This document shows, piece by piece, positions 51,816 to 64,000 of a stretch of 64,000 bases of DNA (position 1 is its first letter; each line of letters starts with the position of its first letter). The notes below the pieces were generated by a model. It was given only the letters and a program-made list of their open reading frames with translations. It was not told where the DNA came from and did no database searches. This DNA comes from Hemiscyllium ocellatum (lineage: Eukaryota). Both the position numbers and the translations under genes were made by a program. Location of the stretch: assembly GCF_020745735.1 (NCBI RefSeq), contig NC_083407.1:82823857-82887856 (forward strand), written 5' to 3'.

Positions 51816-52173
51816 TTTACAAAGTGGATGAACAGAAAAAAGATGTGGGGTGGAGGCGAAGACAGAAACACAAAGGGAACACAAAGGGATGGGGAGGTTC
51901 ATCCTGCCTCACAAGTAGAGCCAGCAAGTTACTTACAAGAACATGACATCGAAACCTGAGCATCCTTAATCCAACATCAACTGCTCAATAGCAAGAACAA
52001 TGGTAACTGCATGTTTGATATTTTCAGGTGATCCCATTTTCAAGATTCTACACTTTAAAGGTTTGCCTAACCATGAGAGAGACAGCAGCAGTTGGTAAGA
52101 CAGGGCAGTACTATCACATGACACTGAGGTTAGGTGGTTTTTAAGGGTTCATTTAGTACATGACAGCCGAATG

Positions 52174-52447
52174 ATTAGATTCCCCACGGTGTGGAAACAG
52201 GCCCTTCGGCCCGACAAGTCCACACTGACCCTCCGAAGAGCAACTCACCCAGACCCATTCCCCTACATTTACCCCTTCACCTAACACTACAGGCAATTTC
52301 GCATGGCCAATTCACCTAACCCGCATATTTTTGGACTATGGGGAGAATGTGCAAACTCTATCCAGTCAGTTGCCCGAGTCAGGAACTGAACCCGGGTCTC
52401 TGGCGCTGTGAGGCAGCAGTACTAACCACTGTGCCACCGTGCTGCCC
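52174..52447 (-). mobile_element. HE1-type V-SINE with internal deletion
   Basis: Head and tail intact; part of the V-domain is missing. Confidence 0.88.
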
Positions 52448-53062
52448 AATGTTGTGCAGCGCCATTTTTAAAAATAGACAGCAAGTTGAGAGCAACCCTG
52501 AGGCAAATCTGAGGCGACTCTTTTCACTGTCCTATCCACCAGCAACCTCCAGCAACCTGTCGACAGAGCCAATATCTTGTCTTTCTGCACCATGTCCTTT
52601 GTGATGCCCTCAAGCAGCATACTGGGAAGGGTAGCTTATGCCTTGCAGTGCCTAGCGCTGTGGGGTTGGCATTTAAAAATGGAGTCATGAATGTCATTTA
52701 GTGGCAGAAGTGGTGAGCATATCTGCTTCTGTTGCCACATGACTGCATGGGCTGGGCACTATAAAGGCATCATTAATGAGATGAAAAGTGGGTGACTGTG
52801 TGAGAGAAGTTGAGTTGGGAATGTGAATTCAATACCATAGAAAAAACATTTTGTCAAAAAGTAGGAAAATTCAACTCGTAGTTTTTGTGCATGAATGATC
52901 ATTTTCTTCGCTATAATATACACTGGGTACATTGGGGAACATATAAGTGCAGAGTATAATACTCATAGTTCTGTTTTTTTTGTGAAATTGGTAATATTTG
53001 CAGAGGCTTATTTGTACATTGCACATTTGTAGCTTACCATAGTCATGGTGTGGAGGTGCCGG

Positions 53063-54035
53063 TGTGGACTCTTAATTCCAGCGACACAAATTTCAGCTTA
53101 AAGTGAAACAAGCCTTTATTTCTGAACAGCCAGCAAGAGATTCAGGGTGACACCAAAGGAGTCTCATAGCCTTCTTGTGGTGGCACCCCTCGATGAATCT
53201 CTGAGCATTACATGCAAGCAGTTTATTTTATATTTTGTTCAGGTGTGACTAATACAAAGTTCTTAACATCACATGGCTGATTACTATTATGTTGTTAAAA
53301 CAGGCATTTCTCAATCTTACAATGACGAGTGATTGCTACCTTCCTGTGACAGATATCAAATTGTTCACAGGAGGTTGTTACCGTATTGATTACAATCTTA
53401 TGTTAATAGGAAAGGAAGTAGATAATAAGATTTAGTAATGTTCTCATTGTTAGTCTTTACATACCCTATTTAATATGTAAGGAAGTGTGTTAATAGGAAC
53501 AGGAGGCAGTTAATAAGATTTATAACCAGGGCTGACAATCTTATTCAGGGAAATAAATATTTTTGTCCTCCTCTGACCTATCACCTTCTCCCTCACCTTC
53601 ATCCACAGCAGCTTTCGCAGCTATCTTGCCCCCAACCCCACCCCCTCCCATTTATCTCTCAGCCCCAACCCACAATCCTCATTCCTGATGACCGGCTTAT
53701 GCCCGAAACATCGATTCTTCTGCTCCTCAGATGCTGCCTGACCTGCTGTACTTTTCCAGCACTACACTCTCAAATCTGAGTTCCAGCATCTACAGTCCTC
53801 ACTTTCTCCTAGAAAAATACACACACCTGGCTCCAGGTGATTTTGGCAGTTTGGAGGTAGCCAGACGCTCGCTGTGATTTCCGGTCTCAGCCTGTCAGAG
53901 GACAGGTACACAATTAAACATATAGTGAGTCAATCTAATAGGGGATCTTTAACCCTTGAATTCCCAATACCCCAAAACACTACGATAAGCCAGTAAAACA
54001 AAATCTTTTATGTTTGGTGTTCTCAAACTTCATCA
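53063..54035 (-). mobile_element. Probable solo LTR (retroviral or Gypsy-like)
   Basis: TG...CA termini, CCGG duplicated at 53059-53062 and 54036-54039, minus-strand ATATAAAA (53226-53233) followed by AATAAA (53115-53120). Confidence 0.55.
53567..53811 (+). mobile_element. PLE family A terminal fragment nested in the LTR, with hammerhead motif
   Basis: CUGAUGA at 53685-53691, GGC-UUAU-GCC, GAAA-CAUC, and complete 3' tail. Confidence 0.85.
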
Positions 54036-54969
54036 CCGGTATTGGATTGGGGTGGACAAAGTTAAAAATCACACAACACAGGTTATAGTTGGACTATAAC
54101 CTGGTGTTGTATGATTTTTAACTTTTACCATAGTCATGTAAATTCTGCTGAAACTTGTAAGTAGGAACCTTTAAAACGTGCTTTAGAAACGAAATGTTGA
54201 GAACCAGCGTCTTCCCACTTAGCTGTATAACTTTTCCAATTGGGACAACAGTAGACCGACTCACTGACGTCAGATGTTTTTTCAAATAACTGCATTGTTT
54301 TTGCATGTCAAGTGCTATTTTAGAAAGTAATGCTTAAGCAATAGTAGGAAAATAACTTTCATTACTGACTCTGAGGAAAACAACTATTTTCTCTTGGCCA
54401 ACATCTTCCTTCTTTTCACTGATGATCTGATGCCATTAAGTCTGTGTGAGTCTTGCTGATGTTGGCCGAATGGTAGTTTTATTGTAGATGTATCACAGTC
54501 AGACTCAGTTCTGTTCTTGCAAGCAAAATGCATGCATTCGTCACAACAACAGCTAACTCGATATACATCAAACTCTCGCTAACATCCGACTCCAAATTTG
54601 GTCAATGCAGCTAGTCAGATCATAATACCAGATGGAGACCAGAGCCGGGTAAATGTAAAACTTTTACCTGACTTAGTACATCTACATTATTAATAAACTG
54701 ACACAAATTTCAATTTTTCAAAATGTTATTCCCTCACTCTTTATATTTGAGCGTAAATAGTAAAATGGGTGTGGGGGGAGCCAGGGAAGGTGGATCCACT
54801 TGTCTGATGTAGAGTTGCAGAAATTATGGACTAAAGGGTTGAGTCTTCATTTTCTCAAAGAATAGCTACTGAGCCTGTTCATAAGGAGTGATCTCTCAGT
54901 GACACCAGATCACGTAAAACTGAAACCTGAGTCTGTAGAGTTTGTCCTCCCTTACCACTCATTACATGT

Positions 54970-55188
54970 AAAAGGTGAACTTGCCAAAGTCTGGCCAGAC
55001 CATAATCGTGCACTCTTATTAGAGAAAGATGACTGGTGGTGGTTTAACATGAGGGTCACCATACCTCAGATGAGGGGAAGGGTGGAGAAAAAGAGTCCTT
55101 CAATTTCACCTTAGCCAACACAAGAATTGACCCCACACTGATGGCGTTGCTCTACTTTGCAAACCAGCCATCCAAGCTGACCAGCCCC
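54970..55188 (-). mobile_element. tRNA-derived SINE-like element
   Basis: Minus strand begins ggggctggtcagcttggatggc...gggtcaattct (B-box-like). Confidence 0.45.
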
Positions 55189-57124
55189 TTCTTATCATTA
55201 TCTATTTTGTATATGTTCGACATAGTCTGTTGATGTTCACTCACTTGTGGGTCAATCCGATCATAATATAGAAACACTCAAAACTACTGACAATGACATT
55301 CTTTCAGGTTTTACACAGCTCTAATCCTGAGGTTTGGGGTCAACGGGAGATTTCCCTTCAGAAGGCCTCCCAAGTAGTGACAGCAGACCTCTCTCATATG
55401 GAGCCTACTCCAATTCCGACCTCATGTCCATTCAAATTCCAAACAAGATCACTGGCTGGCAAATCAGTACAGGAATCCCATCTTACTTTCATCCCCTTCA
55501 CATTCCCAGGAAAGTGGAATCAATTACAACATTCAACCGACCAAGGTCAACTGATTCAGAAAACGTCTAAAAAACAAGGCTTGTCAGCTCCTTTTCTGCA
55601 CATTGCATAGAGACTTTTCCCACGTGACCAATGTCAGAATCTTTTCTGATGACCTTGGCATGCAGATCACATATCTTCCTATGGTAGGTAATTGCCCAGA
55701 TGAAGTGATAATCAGCTCATATGCCAACCTATGGTTTCAGATATTAATGCATTAATATTGTCATGGCTTTCAGAAATGGCTCATCTGCTGTCCTGTAATA
55801 AGCTGATTTTAAATATGAGGTGATTTTTTTTCTTTCCGTCTGAGTAGATTGGTGAGTCTTCTGTAAAGAATATTCTCTGACAGCTACAAAACAGGTACAT
55901 TTCTGAACCAGATGGGAACCATTCATCTGTCACTCATCTTAATGAGGAAGCATTCATTTAGAAATTCTGGAAGCTTCTGCATAAATGCTACAGAGGAAGG
56001 ACTCTGAACCCCAGAGAGGGCTGTATTGCTTTCGTTCAAGACTACATTTAACAAATGCTGAAAAAGATAATTCATTCCAAGCGTGGCATAGTTTCAGTCC
56101 TCCTGCCATTTAGCGCTGCTCCATCATTAACATATGCTGCCACAGCGCTGAACTGTTTCTCATTAGAGAAAAATGAGTTTTGTAAGGCGAGTTCCTCTCA
56201 ATTTTCTCGCAGTAATAAGGCTCCATCTGAAGTCTATGTTTTCACAGAAAATGGTTGCCTGCTGTCTAATTCTATGTTACTTTAAATCTGCAATGGTAAA
56301 ATAAATGGTTAACGCCATTGAGTCTATATTTTATGATCATTGCTAAAGTGAAAATTAAACAACACCGTTTGTGTGGAACTTTTAAATGTTGCACATCTTT
56401 CCAGAATCATTTATATCAAATTAATTTTGATGAAAAGAACATTATTTTAAAGAAATATTAAATGCTCACACCATTATGTGATTATGCCAGTCACTGACTT
56501 ACAGGTGCAGAACAATTGATTTCTCTGATCTCTCTTTCATGTCATCTTTCAGATTATAATCATAGCATAGAAGGTGATTCTTTCTTTTACTACATTGATT
56601 TGAGAACATTTTTAATGAAGTTGTTTTTATGCTTCTGTTTCAAATGACTCAATATCAAGATACTAAGGATTAATAACATTAGAAAAGGAGAATTAGCACA
56701 AATAACGAAAAAAGAAATCAAATGTGCAACAGTAATGAGATACAGCATTGAGGGAAAGAAACGATGTCTAAAATTAGAAAGCCAAGTGAAACTTTTAAGA
56801 AGAGTTGAAACACCAAAAGAACAAAAATGACAAAAGATGTGAAGAACATTCATATTCCACAGAAAGCTGGCAGTTCCTCAAAATGTCTTTAAAGGGGAAT
56901 TGTCCTCATTATAAAGTTATAAGGAAAGCTTTTCCTTGTTTAGAAAAGCACAAAAATGATGTTTCAATTGACAGGATATACTATAATTGGTGTCACTAAA
57001 GCATCATCTCAGAAAAATATGACTCTGACTCATTAAATGCCATGGCAACTCCTGACTCTTCCACATCCTTCCAACTCTGAATTTAATTCACTCCTAGTTC
57101 TGAAACAGCCATCTTTCAGTGGTA

Positions 57125-57302
57125 AGCTGAAAATGTGTTGCTGGAAAAGCACAGCAAGTCTGGCAGCATCCAAGGAGCAGGAGAATCGACGATTCGGGCT
57201 CATGCCCGAAACGTCGATTCTCCTGCTCCTTGGATGCTGCCTGACCTGCTGCGCTTTTCCAGCAACACATTTTCAGCTCTGATCTCCAGCATCTGCAGTC
57301 CT
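57125..57302 (+). mobile_element. PLE family A fold-back mini-insertion hinged on hammerhead stem II
   Basis: 154-bp near-perfect palindrome 57125-57278 centred on CGGGC-TCAT-GCCCG; 16-bp TSD CCATCTTTCAGTG(G/A)TA at 57109-57124 and 57303-57318. Confidence 0.92.
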
Positions 57303-58264
57303 CCATCTTTCAGTGATACATAGGATAGATTTTCTGAATAATGGGAGCCTCTGTTCAGTAATACAGTCGTGTGACACTGCTGCCCTCTTTTCTCAGAATG
57401 CAGTGTAAACCTAACAAGCTCACCAAAGCTGCAATTGAATGAAAATTCTGATTGTACAGTGTGACTCTTTAGTATTGTGTTGCTATTGTATCAACAATAA
57501 AGCTCAATGGAATATCTTTCACTCAAGGGTCACAATGTCAACTAATGTGATCTGAACAGATTTTTATTGAACATTAATTAGGTAACTCAGGTGTTTATTC
57601 TTGTAAGAAAGTTTACTTACAATAAAACAAATTAACATACAAAAGAAAGGATCTGTAGTCAATTTTAAAGCTAAAATTCAACAATTTTTATGACTGAAGT
57701 TTATATATATTTAACCTGTATCTTCAATTCATTTTTTAGATGTTAATAAATTATACTTTGCACAAGGAAAATACATTAAATTATTTATATCTGTCCGTAA
57801 TGAAATTAGCAAAACCTTCTAAATAGATAGTTGATAAAGTAAGTGAAACATATACTGGATTGCATTTTGTAAATCAAGGGTTTTGTATACATATTTTGTC
57901 TAAGACTTAAATACAGATTGAGAGAATGTCATTTTCTAACCTTATATAATTACATTTCAAAATTCTTGCATGTAACATTTCAATATGTTGTTAAATTGAC
58001 TGCTGAAAGACTAACGTTTATGTATTAGAAATTCCTGGCTTATAGATCAGACGTGCATTTACATGAGTGGACTTTTTGTTAAGGTGACTCCAGGGTTTCT
58101 ACATTTAATACAATTTTAAAAATATTGTGCAGAAATATAAGTTTTTTTTGATGGAGAAAGTGTTGTGGCCTAACTATTGAATGGAACTGTCAATCTAGTT
58201 CCAAAACTTTCTTCCATAAAATGGAAGCATTCAGGTATGCACTTTCAATTTATGATGGAATGAC

Positions 58265-58465
58265 AAAAGAAAATACAGCAGATGCTAGAAATCTGAAATT
58301 GAGATAAAATAACTGATGGAAGTACTCAGTAAGGACAGGCAGCATCCGTGGAGAGACAGGATCTTCCTTTTTCAATAAAAGGCCAGCAAACTGAAGCATT
58401 ACCTCCTGAAGTCTCCACAAATGTCATCAGATCTTTTGAGTATTTCCAGTATCTTCTGTTTGTTG
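58265..58465. mobile_element. Old PLE family D-like fold-back insertion
   Basis: tggaagtactcag...gcagcatccgtggaga is mirrored by tctccacaaatgtc...tgagtatttcca. Confidence 0.5.
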
Positions 58466-58958
58466 TCTTTTTTTGGATTCTTAATCCCATCTATGCCATG
58501 ACAAACAAAAAGCTTCATCAGCTGAGGTCATACACATCACTTAGTTGTGACCACAATCAGAATTATATTTGGGCACAGACCTAAATGCTTGCACGCATTT
58601 AGTTAGGAAATAATCTGTATCATAATGTGCATGTAATGTTTTAAATGGAATTAATAATCAGTATAATTAGCATAGCATTTCTATTGACTCCTAACTTTAG
58701 CTTGAGGGATGCATTGAAACACTGCCTGAAAGGAGGTGTTTATTGCCATGGTTTTGTAGCAGCAGTGGAGGCACATGAGCCTAAAATTGGCTCCTGATGT
58801 CAGAATGAAGCATCAGGGTACGCTTCATCCTCAGCACCTTATTTAGACTCCACATGAAATGGAGGCACAAAGTCACTTAGTTCGCATTAATGTCAAAACT
58901 GCAGAATATACATGAACCCTAAAAGTGACAAAATAGTTAGTGATAGCAGCTTTTTTTT

Positions 58959-59276
58959 TAGATTAGATTAGATTATTTACAGTGTGGAAACAGGCCCTTC
59001 GGCCCAACAAGTCCACACCGACCCGCCGAAGCGCAACCCACCCATACCCCTACATTTACCCCTTACCTAACACTACGGGCAATTTAGCATGGCCAATTCA
59101 CCTGACCCGCACATCTTTGGACTGTGGGAGGAAACCGGAGCACCCAGAGGAAACCCACGCAGACACGGGGAGAACGTGCAAACTCCACACAGTCAGTCAC
59201 CTGAGTCGGGAATTGAACCCAGGTCTCAGGCGCTGTGAGGCAACAGTGCTAACCACTGTGCTACCGTGCCGCCCAC
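58959..59276 (-). mobile_element. HE1-type V-SINE (young)
   Basis: Full length; flanked by AGCTT(T/C)TTT on both sides. Confidence 0.92.
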
Positions 59277-59443
59277 AGCTTCTTTGTCATCAGTGCAATT
59301 TTTTATCACTAAGAAAAATGTCTCTTTCATTCATCTCCTTGGACTGAATTGCACACCATTTCAAGGTGAAGAATTGCCAATAAGATCATGAATCCATTAA
59401 TTAACATTTTTTTTAGCAAACTGTAGCAAACTAATCAGATTCT

Positions 59444-59578
59444 CAGTTCTGAGGAAGGTCACTGGACTCAAAACGTTAACTCTAATTTCTCTCCATAGAT
59501 GCTGCCAGACCTGTTGAGCTTTTCCAGCAGTTTCTGTTTTTGTTTCTGATTTCCAGCATCCATAGTTCTTTCAGTTTT
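59444..59578 (+). mobile_element. PLE family D mini-insertion starting 5 nt before a hammerhead motif
   Basis: TSD TAATCAGAT(T/C)CT at 59432-59443 and 59579-59590; GUU-CUGAGGA (59449-59455)-A-GGUC-ACUG-GACUC-AAAA-CGUU-AAC. Confidence 0.8.
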
Positions 59579-60789
59579 TAATCAGATCCTACGTTCATTA
59601 ATTATTTACTTTCCATTTAAGGGATTGTTTTCATTCTGTATAAGAGTTGAACTTTTCAAGACTTTCGGACATAGTGTTGTGTTGCTATTAATGGCCCCAG
59701 TATGATGTAATTATAAGAGAATGCACTTTTAAACCTTGCAATTGAGATTTCTGGTTTTGAAATTGTAAACTCATTCATATTTAACATTTCAATGTTTTTC
59801 TGTCCCTAACTGCCAGTACAGCAAGTAGCATATTTCAGCATGGCTTTGATGTTGGCTCTCATCAGGGATTACAAAGACTGAACTTGTTGGATTGTTGTGA
59901 GCTTTTATTCCCACAGAAATATCAAGTAAATGGTCTTGATTTAAAAGAAACCGTTGGACAGAATAATGAAAACATCAAAATAACTTGGAGGTGACTAATA
60001 TCTGTATTTTGTCAAGTTCTATGCAGGGAGAAAGGTGTTGTGATCCAATTTAATTGGACAAATGGTGCTGCAGTTGCTTCTTAATGAGCTTGCAAAGAAA
60101 GAATGCAGCATTTTCTTGAGACTTTAACAAGACACATCTTTCAACTAGAGCAGGGCTAAAAAAAGTCATGTTGCAGATTTAATACGTGGTCATCTATTTC
60201 AGCGAACCAGCTGAAATTGTTTAAAGGAAAAATTATATGTGGGACGCTTTTCAGAAAATCATAGTGTTGTGTGGAGTTGAACTGAATGGTTGCAAGTACA
60301 GTAACAGCAATGCAAAACGTTTTCTACTAAATAAATTATAAATTGTAAAGAATTTATTGAATGTTAGAATTGTATGTTGTCAAGCTTCATTTCTTTATGA
60401 GCAAATGAAAATAATATAGTAGCACAGTTTTGGACATGAATTATATCACTGGTTGCAAAGTAGGTAAGTCATCAGGACTTGACTGTGTTTTTTTCTCTGA
60501 TCCTATTGTCATGAAAATGTGTTTGCTAAAATATTAATTTGTAAGATCATTGACTGAGCACATATACAGAACATATTTATTTTGGGGCTGAATTTTGGAA
60601 AAGATAATGAAACTGACATGTTTAGCCCATCTACTTTCAACAGAAATATAACACAGATGCTGGATTGAGAGCTACACCAAACAGTTCAGAAATTGAATCA
60701 GATCCTGAATATTATCATTCGCTAACACAAAGTGTTAATGAGGGCATGGAGTCCACCTCTAAGACCAGCTGATCAGGAATGGACAGTAG

Positions 60790-60878
60790 GAGCATAGAAA
60801 CATAAGATCACAGGAAAAGGAGTATGTTACAGCCCATCGGGCCTGCTCTGCCATTCAATAAGATCAAGGCTGACCCAT
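60790..60878 (-). mobile_element. Old CR1 3' tail fragment
   Basis: catagaaacataaga...ggagt...cagcccatcgggcctgctctgccattcaat tail motif. Confidence 0.6.
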
Positions 60879-60889
60879 CAGTTGGTGAG

Positions 60890-61670
60890 GATTGGAACAA
60901 AAATTTCCACATGGCTTGCAAAATTCAAATGTTAGCTCACTTGGATGTCAGGAAAATACAGGCTAAAATATGAAAACAATTTTATTATCAGGATTGCATT
61001 ACACAGTGGTGAAATTTTGCCAAATAGGAAATGGTGGAGAAACCCCACCCATCAATTAAACCTGCACCATTAATTCCAATACCAGCTTCTAAAATGACAT
61101 TTAGTCGGATCTTGATAAATTGTGTAGGAATCCTTTCTAAAATCAAAAGTAGGAATCAATATATTTTAACAATCATGGATGTTTCAGCAAGATTTCCTGA
61201 GGCAGGTGCCTCTAGGGAAAGTAACAACAAAAAGGGGAATGGAAATGTTAACCTATTTTTTATTGCACAATGTTATTGCAATATTACCCAAAGAAATAGG
61301 ACCAGATTAAGGTTCAAATTTTAAGTCTCAAATATTAAAAGAAGTATTGAATAATTTGGAAATTATATAATTTACTTCTCCATTGTTCACATTTTCAAGG
61401 AACATTGGAAAGATTGGTTCAAACTTCAAAGGCCATGATTAGAGCTTTGTCAAGAAGGTACGAATGATTGGGATAAAGGAGCTCCTTATTACAGTTTAAC
61501 ATGAGTTCACAGGATTTGAACTGATATACAGACATAAAGTGTCTGTATTATCCTTCAAGGTGATTAAAGAAAACATTAGAGATCAAAGCTTAGAGACTAA
61601 AACCTCTGACCTAAGTGTTAATTTTCAGGGAAACCAAATCAAAGCATGTGAATTACAAAAGATCATTCTT
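60890..61670 (+). mobile_element. Ty3/Gypsy (Gmr1-like) integrase remnant
   Basis: H.DVRK...KI, then KP.PSIKPAPLIPIP...FSRILINCVGIL.K.KS.NQYILTIMDVSARFPEA, typical of the rve core; stops and frameshifts present. Confidence 0.8.
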
Positions 61671-61679
61671 AACTAGCTC

Positions 61680-64000
61680 ATCAAATGTCCTATAGGGAAG
61701 GAAATTGCCATCCTTACCTTGTCTAGCCTACATAGGAATTCAGACCCACAGCAGTATGGTTGACTCTCAACTGCCCTCTGAAATGGCCTAGAAAACAATT
61801 CAGTTATCTCAACTGCTCGAAAGGAAAACAGTGGAATGAAACCAAACTGTTTACCTGGTACCAACAAAGGCACCAGAAATAACAGCAAACACAGCTGGTT
61901 GACCCTGCAAACTCTTTGGTACTAATGTTTGCAGGCTCATCAAAGAAACAAGAACAAGACAGCATCGGTTTAAAGTCATCTGCAAGAGAATTGAGGGAAA
62001 ACATTTCCACCCAGCAAGCAGTTAGGCCTGGAAATATGTTACAGACAGGTTCAATTGAGGCAATCGAGAGAGTGTTGTGTGATTACTTGAATAAAAATAG
62101 TGTACAAAGTTACGAGGAGAAAGCAGGAGGTTGGCACTGAGTAATGAGACTCCTTTAACAAACTGGTGCAGGCACAGAGTTGAAAGGCGTCCTTCTGTGT
62201 CCTAACATTTTTTGGATTTTGTGATCAGCATGAAAATTGACAGAGCTGTCTCACAAACCCAGTCAAGCAACAGTTGACATTGTCACGCTCAGGGAATTAC
62301 ACCTGTTACATGATAAACTAGACAACACCACCACCATCCCAAGGGGACAGAATGCACTTGGGTGGGACATGTCAATGTTTACCACCAAGAGTGGCACAGC
62401 AATACTATTACTGACTGAGGTGATCAAGTCCTAAAGGACATAGCTGCTTGACTGGGTCTGTGACAGGTGGTGAGAGCACCAACAAGAGGGAAAAAATGTT
62501 CTTGACCTCAACCTCATCTGTCTGTCACTGAATGCATCCATTCATGACAGTATCAGAGGGAGTCACCAACAGACAGTCCTTATGGAGACAAAGTCCTGCT
62601 TTTATATTGAAAATACCCTCCATCATATTGTGTGATACTAAGACTGTGCTAAATGAGATTGACTTTGAACAAGACTTCTAGCAACTTAAGACTGAGAATC
62701 CATGAAGAGTAGGGGGCCATCAGAAGCACAATCACACTCCAACACAATCTTCAACCTCTTGGTTTGGCATATGACCACTCTACCATTACCATTAAGTCCG
62801 GGGAGCTACCCTGGTTCAATGGAGAAAATAGGATGGTTCGCAGCAGCACCAGGCATATCTAAAAACGAGGTGGCAACCTGGTAAAGCAACAAAACAGGTC
62901 CACTAGTATGCCAAACATTCTACAAGTAGCACTGGAGACCTGTGCTCTGCAGGAACAACAAAAACTAAGTGCAGAAGTAAACCATTTGGCCCTTCAAGCC
63001 TGCCCTGCCATGCAATTTGAGCCTGGCTAATCATCCACTCCTGTTCCTGTTTTCGCCCCATATTATTTGATCTCTTTAGCCACAAGAAGTGTAACTAACT
63101 CCTCAAAAGCTTTCTGTGACAGAGAATTCCACAGACGTATGGCTCTCTAAATGAAGAAATTTCTCCTCATCATGGACCTAAATGGCCTGCCCTGTGTCAC
63201 TAGACTGTGATCCCTGGTTCTGGACTCCCCACTGATTGAGAACATCCTTCCTGCTGTTACCCTGTTTAGTTGTTATTAGAATCTTGTAGGCTTCTGTGGG
63301 ATCACTCTTCACTCTTTCTTCTTCTAATCTCCAGTCATTCTAGTCCTAAATAATCCAAACTCTTTCTATGTGTTAGTCTTGCCATCATAGGGATCAGTCT
63401 AGTAAATCTTAACTGCAATCCCTTCAGATAAGGAGACTAAAACTGCACATAATAATCCAAGGCCCTATACAATTGCAACAAGACATCCCTGTTCCTGTAC
63501 TCAAGTCCTCTTCCTACGAAAGTTAACATACTTATTTGCCTTCTTCACTGCCTGCTGCATCTTTAGGAATTACCACACCAAGATGTTCCAGTACAGCTTT
63601 AACAGCAGCATTTACCCGAGGATATGGAAACTTGCCCATGTATGTCAATTACCACTCCTTCAGTCTACTCTGGCTCATTAGTAAAGTGATGGAAGGTGTC
63701 ATCAACGGTGCTATCAAGCAGCACCTACTCAGCAATAAACTACTCAGTGATACCCAGTTTGGGTTCTGCCAGGGCCATTCAGCTTCTGACCTTGTTATAG
63801 CTGTGATACAAACATGGGCAAAAGAGCAAAATTCCAGATGGGAAGTGAGAGTGACAGCCCTTAACATCAAGACTGCATTCAACTGAGTATGGAATCAAGG
63901 AGCCCTGGCAAAATTGAAGAGAGCATGAACCAAGAAAATCACTCCATTGTTTGGAGAGATGCCTGACACAAAGGAAGATGGCTGTGGTTGTTGAAGTTCA
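61680..64000 (+). mobile_element. CR1/L2-group LINE family 2 (5' region to RT) with nested CR1 fragments at about 61950-62215 (+) and 62950-63560 (-)
   Basis: Homologous to 10200-11640; RT peptide NYHSFSLLWLISKVMEGVING...QFGFCQGHSASDL...ALNIKTAFN. Confidence 0.8.

Larger units (their letters stand above)
48200..52880. mobile_element. Possible very old PIF/Harbinger transposon relic (boundaries uncertain)
   Basis: 48507-48680 (+) reads FPADGDLAVLIDKMMEG...F...KRP...ACLEMVAPFSA, resembling the Harbinger Myb/SANT-like ORF; faint minus-strand transposase-like traces at 50900-52150. Confidence 0.3.
53048..54124 (-). mobile_element. PLE family B fold-back mini-element split by a ~970-bp insert
   Basis: Perfect 14-bp TSD TTACCATAGTCATG at 53034-53047 and 54125-54138; tail halves at 53048-53062 and 54036-54057; palindrome at about 54058-54124. 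Confidence 0.8.

Noticed and set aside
55245-56290. Large exon-like region (minus-strand acceptor near 56288, donor near 55244; plus-strand ORFs at 55293 and 55334)
   Set aside because: The minus frames I checked contain several stops and the plus peptides match nothing I recognise; insufficient support.
56645-56830. Lys/Glu-rich plus-strand open stretch
   Set aside because: No start codon or convincing splice sites; consistent with A-rich composition.
1-64000. CRISPR array, rRNA, operons or prokaryotic defence systems
   Set aside because: No repeat-spacer periodicity or gene-dense organisation; the window is vertebrate repeat-rich DNA.

Overview
Repeat-rich eukaryotic DNA from a cartilaginous fish. 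The lineage (elasmobranch, probably a shark) is inferred from HE1-type V-SINEs and their partner CR1/HER1-type LINEs. A large part of the window is decayed transposable elements: several CR1 families, including one near-full-length copy with an internal inversion; a second CR1/L2-group LINE family; ten HE1 SINEs; four families of Penelope-like elements (PLEs); a Gypsy integrase remnant; two probable solo LTRs; and traces of DNA transposons. The only confidently identified host-derived ORF is an intact, intronless RPLP1 retrocopy (21979-22305) inserted in a CR1 and joined to a young HE1 SINE. A few unidentified minus-strand exon candidates exist; the best is 47613-47808. Main findings: (1) about a dozen minimal hammerhead-ribozyme motifs in four PLE families, with family-specific complementary stem II arms and palindromic stem III. 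Many sit in tiny TSD-flanked or fold-back insertions whose breakpoints lie at or near the ribozyme. (2) A recurrent microdeletion/inversion breakpoint at one homologous site of CR1 ORF2. (3) A possible SINE-primed RPLP1 chimeric retrocopy. No CRISPR array, rRNA, genuine tRNA gene or prokaryotic system is visible. All calls were made by eye; repeat boundaries are approximate unless a TSD is quoted.
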